32,000 nt of DNA from Mycoplasma mobile 163K (GTDB taxonomy: Bacteria; Bacillota_I; Bacilli_A; Mycoplasmatales; Metamycoplasmataceae), in assembly GCF_000008365.1 (NCBI RefSeq), contig NC_006908.1, forward strand, positions 240,001-272,000, read 5' to 3'. This document shows positions 20,831-29,249 of this stretch, one piece after another. A program made the translations under genes and the position numbers. The notes under the pieces were generated by a model. That model saw only the letters and a program-made list of their open reading frames with translations, did not search any database and was not told where the DNA came from. How positions within the stretch are numbered: position 1 is the stretch's first letter; each line of letters starts with the position of its first letter.

Positions 20831-21079
20831 ATGTCTAAATACAGACCAAAGACAGCAATCGGAAATACAAATTTTACATGAGTAGGAATTTTGTTAACAC
20901 TTATTTTAGGATATGGAATTGGATTAATTGTCTACTTTTTAGTTAAAATTTTTGACTTAAAAAGTATTATTTGATATATTGTGTTTTTCTTTTTAACACC
21001 ATTTTCAGGTTTATTTATCTACTGATTTACAAAATCAAATTCATGAATTAGACCAGTATTTTTAAGATTTTCAAAATAG
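20831..21079 (+). CDS. Small two-TM membrane protein, PLDc_N-like (82 aa)
   Basis: An AGGAG Shine-Dalgarno at 20821-20825 precedes ATG 20831. Translation: MSKYRPKTAIGNTNFTWVGILLTLILGYGIGLIVYFLVKIFDLKSIIWYIVFFFLTPFSGLFIYWFTKSNSWIRPVFLRFSK*. It has 5 in-frame TGA codons, so it is absent from the track. The pattern W..(hydrophobic)..P..G..IY resembles small PLD-N-terminal-domain proteins. Confidence 0.55.
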
Positions 21080-21098
21080 TTTGAACAAAACAAAATTT

Positions 21099-21128
21099 AA
21101 AAAAACAAAGCAAATGCTTTGTTTTTTT
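21099..21128. terminator. Bidirectional terminator between the converging small ORF and ligA
   Basis: AAAAACAAAGC-aaat-GCTTTGTTTTT with A-run and T-run flanks. It overlaps the ligA stop codon. Confidence 0.7.
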
Positions 21129-23142
21129 AAATTAATTTATTGAATTCATTCTCGTCTAAAATTTTTATTGTATTTATTTTTTGAGCCTTTTCTATTTTTG
21201 AACCAGATTTTTCTCCGGTAAGCAAATAATTAATTCTATTGCTAATAGAATTTAAAACATTTCCACCGTTTTTTATTATTAATTCTTTAAAAAAGTCTCT
21301 TGGCTTTGAAAGAGTTCCAGTAATTACAAAATTTAAGCCTTGAAGTTTTTTTGATTCAAATTCATTTTCTAAGTTTTTAAAATCCAATCCTAATTCTAAA
21401 ATTATTTTAATTTCTTCAATTTCATTTTCATCACTAAAAAAACATTTTAAAGAATTGATTGTTTTGCAAGAAATATCTCTAATATTATTCAATTTTTCAA
21501 AGTCAAAATTTATCAAATTAGATAGTAATTTGACCTCATTTGCAATTAATTTTGCAGATCTTTCACCAATTTGTTTAATTCCGATAGCAAAAATAAATTT
21601 TTCTAAAGAGTTGCTTTTTGATCGATTTATTGATTCAATTAAATTATTAAATGATTTTTCTCCAAAAGAAGGTTGCGATTCTATTAAATTTTTATACTTT
21701 TCTAAAAAAAATAAGTCTGAATATTTAGTTAAAATTCCTAGTTTAAAAAATTTTTCAATATTTTGAAAACCTAGACCGAGAATATTCATTGCTTTTTTGG
21801 AAGCAAAGTGCTCGATTTTTCTTAACCTAATCATAAGGCATTTTTTGTTTATGCAATATTGATCTACTTCATCTTCTGGTTGAACTAATTTTTCATTACA
21901 GGATGTACAATATTCAATTCTTTTAAAAATTGTTTCAGAGTTTTTTTTACTTAAGGAAACAACTTTTGGAATGATTTCTCCTGCTTTAATAATCTTTACA
22001 TTATCATTTTTATTTAATTTTAGAGATTCTACATATTCATAATTATGAAGAGTTGCAGCGCTAACAAGAGTTCCATTAATAATTACTGGTTCTAATATAG
22101 CATTATATGTAATCTTTCCTGTCCTTCCTACAGAAATAAAAATATCAATTAATTTAGTTTCTATTGAAATATCACTAAATTTAAAGGCAATCATGGATCT
22201 TGGAAATTTAGAAGTTTGACCAAGAATGTCATAAAGGCTGAAATCATCTACTTTTACGACAATTCCATCTATTTCATAATTTAATTTCTCTCTATAATTA
22301 TTTTTTTCAAAATCTTTAATGAATTCATAAGCTTTTTCAATTGTGTCTACAAATTTATTTAAAGATGGAACTTGAAAATTATTTTCTTTTAAAAAGAGTT
22401 CTTGGTCATTAAAATTTTTTATTTTATGATCTAGTGGATTTGTAACTGAATAAAAAAATGAATTAAGTTTTCTTTCTTTTACTATTGAAGAATCTAATTG
22501 CCTTAAACTTCCACTTGCTGCATTTCTCGGGTTTGCAAAAATTGTCAAATTTTGTGATTTTTGACATTCATTTATTTCATAGAAAGTTGACTTAGATAAA
22601 TATATTTCTCCTCTTATTTCAATTGGTTTTGAATATTTTATTTGCTTAGGAATATCTTGTATTTGAAACACATTTTCTGTTACATCTTCACCACTTATTC
22701 CATCGCCTCTAGTTAATGCTTGAATAAGATTTCCATTATCATATTTTAATGAAATGCTTAAACCATCTATTTTTAATTCTAAAAAATAATTTGGAAAAAA
22801 ACCTAATTTGTTAATGTGTCTTTCAAAAATTTTTAAATCATCAAATTTATAAGCTTTATTAAGGCTGAGCATCGGAAATTGATGTTGAACTTTTGAAAAT
22901 TTTTTACTAACTTTTGCTCCTATATTTTTGGTTGGTGAATCAGAATTATCTAAAAATTTATATTGATTTTCAAATTTTATTAACTTTAATAAAGTAGCAT
23001 CATAAATACTATCTTCAACAAGTGGTTCATCGTAATCAAAATATGCTTTGTTCCAAAGGTTAATTTTATTTTTTAAATCATTGTACTCAGAAATAATTCT
23101 ATTATTTTTTTCATTATCATTCATTTTCGATTTTACTTTCAT
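21127..23142 (-). CDS. ligA: NAD-dependent DNA ligase
   Basis: Intact 671-aa ORF. Adenylation motif LELKIDGLS (KxDG), a Cys4 zinc finger (CTSCNEKL...CINKKC), HhH repeats and a C-terminal BRCT-like LNFVITGTL. The true start may be the internal Met at 23124. Confidence 0.95.
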
Positions 23143-24009
23143 TTATATATTTATTTTATTAAAAAATTCAAAGCATTTTTCTAGAGATCCAAAATTTTCT
23201 AGAGTAATTTCTTTTGAATCATCATATATGATCGAACCTTTTGAGAGAATTATAATTCTATCTGCTAAAAATGCAACTTCATCCATATCATGTGAAATAA
23301 TAAGGATTGTAATTTTATGTTTTAGGGCATAATTTTTTATAAATCTTTTGATTTCATTTCTTATTATAATATCTAAACCTGTTGAAAGCTCATCTAAAAT
23401 AATTATTTTAGGACGATGTAAAATTGCTAATAAGGCATTTAATCTCTGCTGTTGACCCCCACTTAAAGAGCTTGCATTTTTATTGTAAAATTCTCTTAAA
23501 CCAAAAATATTTATTAATTCAGAAATTTCATTTTTATTTAGTTTTGCATTATAAATGTCTAAAACAAATTTTATAACTCTTTTTACTTTAATACCAGAAG
23601 GATATGACGAATTTTGAAATTGAATTCCTATTTTCTCTTGAAAATGAATTTTATGACCTAAATTATATTCAATATAACCTTTAGAAGCTTTATTTAATCC
23701 TGCAATAATCTCTACTAAAGTTGTTTTACCCGCTCCATTTCCTCCTAAAATAGCAATATTTTGCCCTTCTTTTACATCCATATTTAAATTATCAATAGCT
23801 ACAAAATTTTTATTAAAAATTTTAGTTAAATTATTAATTCTTATTAATGAATTTCCTTCGTGTAAATTTTTTGCAATATAAGGAATTTTGTATTTTGCTT
23901 TCAAGTCTTTAATTTGATCAATTTCTTCTGTATTAAAATTACTTTTTCTTAATTCATTTATTTCTTTGGTGTTGAAGATGTTCTTATTATTTTTTTCATT
24001 TTGTTTCAT
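23143..24009 (-). CDS. ABC transporter ATP-binding protein (ABC-2/DrrA-like)
   Basis: Walker [10 protein letters not shown], signature LSGGQQQRL, Walker [14 protein letters not shown]-loop SHD. It has an N-terminal extension of about 55 aa. Its stop codon directly abuts the ligA ATG. Confidence 0.92.
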
Positions 24010-25058
24010 TATCTAATACCTCATTGAAATCATTTAAGTGAAACTCCTGAAGCAATTCCTATTCAAAGAAATGGAATTAAAAAATTAATTAACCTTGTAG
24101 CAAAATTAAAAATATTTTCAACAGGAATACTTTTTGTATTCATTTGAGCAAATTGATAAATGTTTAAATTAGAATTTAAATTTCAAATAAATGTTTTAGT
24201 ACTTTGTAAGACAATTGAAATATTAGGACTTGGATTTTCAAAAATTATTGATACTGCAGACCCATTAAATGCTTCAATACTTTGTGCTGAAACAGATTTG
24301 AATGGGGATACCACAAATCCTAAAAATCACATAATTTCATTATTAAAAATATTTGCAATCGGAATTACTTGAGCAGCTAGAAACATACTAAAAATAAAAA
24401 TACTTATCCCTATTGCTTGTAAAGTTAAAACATTTTTCGAAACACTTACAATTGCAAAACCAATTGTTATAGATAAAATCATAGAAATAAAATGTGAGTA
24501 CAAAAATCCACTTCATTCAACATTTGCAAATAAATCTTTTAGAGATTCGGATTTAATAGGAATTTCCAAAATAGGTATTGTTACTGGCTCTGAAATTTGA
24601 GTCGGAATTTGAGGGATCTGAGCAGTTATAATCGTTCTACCTGTTTCTCAAAACTCATTAAATATAGCTAAATACATAAGCATTGTTCAAAACAAACTAA
24701 TAATCATCAAAAAAAGATAATATAATCCAAGAATTAATAAAAAAGTTCTTGTGTTAATAGGTGTTGCCCCAATCCTTTTTAGCAAAACACTTCTTTTGAA
24801 TTCAAAGAGAGCTAATGGTAAACTAATCAATCCTGTTGCCATTGTTGGGAGAACCAATCCGCCTCCTAAAAGAGTTTCATATCCAAAAATTGTTCCTAAA
24901 ATACCTAAAATAATTATTGGGAAAATAAATGAAAAAAATGGACCAAAAAAAGAATATCAATAATAACTATTAATTAAACTAACAAGAGGAAAAAATTTTG
25001 TAGGGGCTTTTTTAGATTCATTTTCTACAAAAAGAGTTTGTGTTTTTTTATTCATCAT
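24009..25058 (-). CDS. ABC-2 type transporter permease
   Basis: Absent from the track because it has about 8 in-frame TGA codons. The minus strand reads MMNKKTQTLFVENESKKAPTKFFPLVSLINSYYWYSFFGPFFSFIFPIIILGILG... to ...GVSLKWFQWGIR*. It is multi-pass hydrophobic. Its stop overlaps the ATPase ATG (TAATG). I verified the two ends codon by codon but translated the middle only quickly. Confidence 0.7.
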
Positions 25059-25269
25059 TTAAAATTATAGTCTCAATTATGTTTAAGAAAATAAAATATA
25101 TTTCAAAAAATAAAATATTTTAAAAAACTAAAGTAAAATTGTAATTTGGAAGTAAAAAAGTTAATTTTTTATTTTATATATTTTTATTTTGAGTTGAAAA
25201 TCAAATGTTCAAAATAAAAATAAATAAAATTTGTAACTTTTATGCAATATAAACTTTCCAAAGGATATT

Positions 25270-25785
25270 ATGAATGATTTAAATGAATTGAAAAAATATA
25301 TTCAAGATGTAAAAGATTTTCCTATTAAAGGAATTGTTTTTAAAGATATTTCACCACTTTTAGCAAATGGAGAAATTTTTAGAATAGTTGTTGAAAAAAT
25401 GGCTGAAAAAGTAAGAGAAGTGGATGTCATTATAGGACCAGATGCAAGAGGGTTTATTTTTGGTGCAGCCGTTGCTTCATATCTTAAAAAACCTTTTGTA
25501 ATGATAAGAAAAGAAGGTAAATTACCTCATAATACAATTAAAATTGATTATAAGCTTGAATATGGAATGGGTTCTTTGGAAATTCAAAAGGATTTAATAA
25601 AACCGGGCCAAAGTGTTGCTATTCTTGATGATGTTTTGGCTACTGGAGGAACAACAAAAGCCTCTGTTGAACTTGTTAAAAAATTAGGAGCAAAAGTTAC
25701 AAAAGCTGTTTTTTTAATGGAACTAGAATTCTTAAATGGTAAAGAAAAAATAAATGCAGAAGTTATTTCTCTATTGAAATACTAA
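25270..25785 (+). CDS. apt: Adenine phosphoribosyltransferase
   Basis: Intact 171-aa ORF. FKDISPLL, and the PRPP loop VAILDDVLATGGT. Confidence 0.95.
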   Translation: MNDLNELKKYIQDVKDFPIKGIVFKDISPLLANGEIFRIVVEKMAEKVREVDVIIGPDARGFIFGAAVASYLKKPFVMIRKEGKLPHNTIKIDYKLEYGMGSLEIQKDLIKPGQSVAILDDVLATGGTTKASVELVKKLGAKVTKAVFLMELEFLNGKEKINAEVISLLKY

Positions 25786-25804
25786 AAATTAAAATGAGGT
25801 TATT

Positions 25805-27634
25805 ATGGAAATAAAAAATTACAAAAAATATGAGGATGTTCCAAAAGAATATCGTTTTGATTTAGAAGTCCTTTTAGAAGGTAAAAAAATTGAAAATCTT
25901 TTAGAAACATTTTTTGTAAAATATGAAGAATTAATCACAGAAAAAGACTCAAAATATGAATCAATTGAATCTTATGTAAAAAATATAGAAAAAAGCGAAA
26001 AAGCTTCTATTTTATTCAATAAAATTAGCAACTATATTTCTAATAATATTTCGACAAATTTTGTCAATCCAAAATTTAATAAAATGTATCAAGAATTACA
26101 ATTCAAATTTTATGAACTGAATAAAAAATTAGGAAACGAAGAAAATAGAATTTTTAAAAATGAAAGTAAATTGAGAAATTGATTAAAAGATAAAAGATTA
26201 AAAAACCATCAAAAGTCATTAGAATTTATTTTAGAGTCTAAAAAACATAAATTAGAAGATGAAATTGAAGAATTTTTGACCAAAACATCTAGAGCAGACA
26301 TAAATGCAGATGAGGTTTTTTCAATTTTAAATAATAGCGAATTAGATTATGGATTTGCAATTTCTAAAGATGGCAAAAAGACAAAAATTTCAGTTGCAAA
26401 TCGTGCAAAACTTTTGAAAAATAGTGATGAATCAATTAGAAAAACAACAACAATAAATTGATTAAATGCATCAATAAAACATAAACAAACATTTGCCAAT
26501 CTTTTGTTTCAACACTTTAAAAATGTATCAACTTGAGCTCAATTAAGAAATTATCCATCTGCAGTTGAATCAATCATTCAAGAAGATAAAGCAGATATTA
26601 TATTACTTGAAACTTTATATTCACAAGTTCAAAAAGCAATACCTATTTTCCAAAAATATGATTTTTGAAAGAAAAAATTTTTTAAAAAAAACTTTAACAA
26701 AAAAATGGAAAGATGAGATCACCAACTTCCATTAGTAAAAGTTAAAAATGAATATTCAGTAAAAGAAGCAAATGAATTAGTAATTAAAGCAGTTGAACCA
26801 TTTGGAAAAGAATATTTAGATAAAGTAAAAGAAGCATTTAATTCAAATTGAGTAGATTATATGCCAGTTGAAAATAAAAGAAGTGGCGCATATTCAATTG
26901 GCCAAAGTTTCGGATTAGATAAAAAATATATTCTAATGAATTTTGATGGATCTTTAAGAAGTGTTGCAACTTTAGCTCATGAAATGGGTCACTCTCTACA
27001 TTCATATTTTTCTGATAAATATCAACCTTATTCATTAAGTTCTTATCCAATTTTTTTAGCAGAAATAGCTTCTATTTTTAATGAATTAATGTTACAAGAT
27101 TATCTATTAAAGCAAAATCCAAGTGATAAATTTAAATTTTCTCTTTTGAGTAATTCAATTGAAGATTTTGAAGCAACTGTTAGAAGACAAACAATGTGAT
27201 CTAATTATGAATTTGATTTATATAATGCAATTGATAAAGGAGAACCAAAAAGCAATTTTGAAGCAATTAGTGAAGTATATCGTAATAATGCTTTGAAATA
27301 TAGTTTGGATAAAACAGTAAAATATAAAGAAGATCATGAATTAATTGCTTCTGTAATTGTGCCACACTTTTACTATGACTTTTATGTTTATAAATATGCA
27401 ATAGGTTATATTGTAGCCAATGTTTTTTTTCAAAGATACAAAAAACATGGAAAAGAAAAACTTCAAGAATATATTGATAAATTTTTAAAATCTGGTGGAA
27501 GAGATTGACCAATTCTAATTTTGAAAGATGCTGGAGTTGATTTATATGATGAAAAAATCTATCAAGAAGCATTTGTTGTTCTTGAAAAAAAAATCGATGA
27601 ATATATAAAAATTGGAAAAAAATTATGAAAATAA
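25805..27634 (+). CDS. pepF: Oligoendopeptidase F (M3B metallopeptidase)
   Basis: Track ORFs 25805.., 26276.., 26861.. and 27293.. all share one frame and join through about 10 TGA codons, which I read through. Zinc motif [11 protein letters not shown] (HExxH). The gene ends ...IGKKLWK*. Confidence 0.9.
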
Positions 27635-27650
27635 GCCTTTTGGCTTATTT
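27631..27650. terminator. Shared terminator hairpin between converging pepF and hydrolase genes
   Basis: ATAAGCC-tttt-GGCTTAT, then TTTT. It overlaps the pepF stop and lies 6 nt from the hydrolase stop. Confidence 0.55.
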
Positions 27651-27655
27651 TTAAA

Positions 27656-28456
27656 TTAAATTAAATATTTTTTCAAAATGGTTCAATAAGCCTTCTCATT
27701 TTCGATAAAAGCCAAATGGGAAATATTTTCTATTATTTCTCATTTGGCATTTTTTAAAACTTGACTTAAAATTTCATAGCTTTTTTCAAAAGGAACAATT
27801 TCATCTTTATTTCCAAAAATAATAATTGTCCTAGTTTCAATTACTCTCATTTTTTGTTGCGTTAAATTCATAGCTTTAGATCAAATTTTAAATTCTAACA
27901 TAACACTTAGATCTTGAACAGTGTTTGATTGTTGTTTTTTGAACTCGTAATTCACTCACTGATTTAATTCGTTTTCATGTTCTTTAAATTTAAACTTATA
28001 AATCATGCTTTTAAACACATCCTTTAAATCATTTACATCCTTTGAAATCATTTTTTCTATAATTTTTTTATTTTCTAAAACACTTAAATTTGCCGGTCCT
28101 TCTAAAATTAAAATCCTGATTTTTGTTCCTAAATTTGCTGCTACAATTGAAGCAATCGCCCCTCCCATTGAATGACCTATAATTATCAAATTATCCTCAA
28201 TTTGATATTTTTTTATAAAATCTAAAACTAATTCGGAAAAGTATTTAACTCTTAGTTTATTTTTCGGAAAATTGTTTGAATTGCCATGATTAGGAAAATC
28301 TATTCCATACCAATTGTACATATTAAATTTTTCAAAAGTCTTTTCCCTACTCAAAAATTTACTAGTAAATCCATGAATAAATAAAATATTATTGTTATAT
28401 TCATTGTTTTTTATTATGTACTCTGCTATTCCATTTTCATTTAAAAATTGGTTCAT
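27656..28456 (-). CDS. Alpha/beta hydrolase (esterase/lipase family)
   Basis: ORF 27956..28456 extends about 100 codons through four TGA codons to TAA 27658-27656. HGFTS oxyanion region, nucleophile elbow GHSMGG, and a C-terminal ..IENISHLAFIE (catalytic His region). Confidence 0.85.
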
Positions 28457-28525
28457 AGAAAAATTATAATATTAAATTTACGATTTTATTTTATAATTTA
28501 TTTATAAGCAATTACTAGGAGTTTT

Positions 28526-29206
28526 ATGAATAAAAAAACATTATATCAAGCAAATACTTTTGCAACAATTCAAAATAAACACTACAAAGGAGATATGTCT
28601 CTTTTAGAAGTTTTAAAAAAAGGTAAATTTGGAGTTGGGACTTTTAATTATACAGATGGAGAATTTATTTTAAAAGATGGCATTCCTTATTTAGCAGATA
28701 CAAATATGAATTTAGTAAAACCAAGTGAAAAACTATTTTTACCATTATATAGTGTAGGGGATATCAATAATAGTCAAAAAAGTTATAAACTTTCAAGTTC
28801 AATGAAAATGAAAGATTTTTTACTTTTTTTAGAAAATCAATTGAATTTGAAAAATTATCCTGCTCTTTTAAATATTGAAGTTAGTTTAGAAAGCGCTTTA
28901 TTAAGAAGTATTAAAAAACAAGAAGAACCTTTTTTAAATTTTATTGATAGTCTGAAAAAGTATGAAGTAAGAAAAGAACTTAAAAATCTTGAAGGTTCAT
29001 TAATTGGAGTTTGATACCCTAAACACTTACAACCCATTAATAATTCAGGTTTTCATTTTCATTTTATTGACAAAACAAACAAAATAGGTGGTCATTTACT
29101 TGATTTTGAAATTAAACCAAACATTAAAATTGCTTTTGAAGAAAAAACAAATCTTGTTGTAGAATTTTCAGAAAATGAAGATTTGAAAAATTTAACTATT
29201 ATTTAA
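28526..29206 (+). CDS. alsD: Alpha-acetolactate decarboxylase
   Basis: ORF 28526..29014 extends through TGA 29012 to TAA 29204. LYQANTFATIQNKHYKGDMSLLEVLKKGKFGVGTFNYTDGEFI.. and ..GVWYPKHLQPINNSGFHFHFIDKTNKIGGHLLDF follow the ALDC pattern, including the H-x-H ... GGH metal ligands. Confidence 0.8.
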
Positions 29207-29249
29207 TTCCTTTTTGAATTCTTTTAATGCTAAAATATTTTAAGGAAAT

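Noticed and set aside
16197-25270. Strand switches at about 16.2 kb (convergent) and about 25.2 kb (divergent), considered as replication terminus or origin markers.
   Set aside because: Two opposite switches within 9 kb cannot both be replichore boundaries. No dnaA/dnaN or dif-like context is present, and I cannot compute GC skew here.
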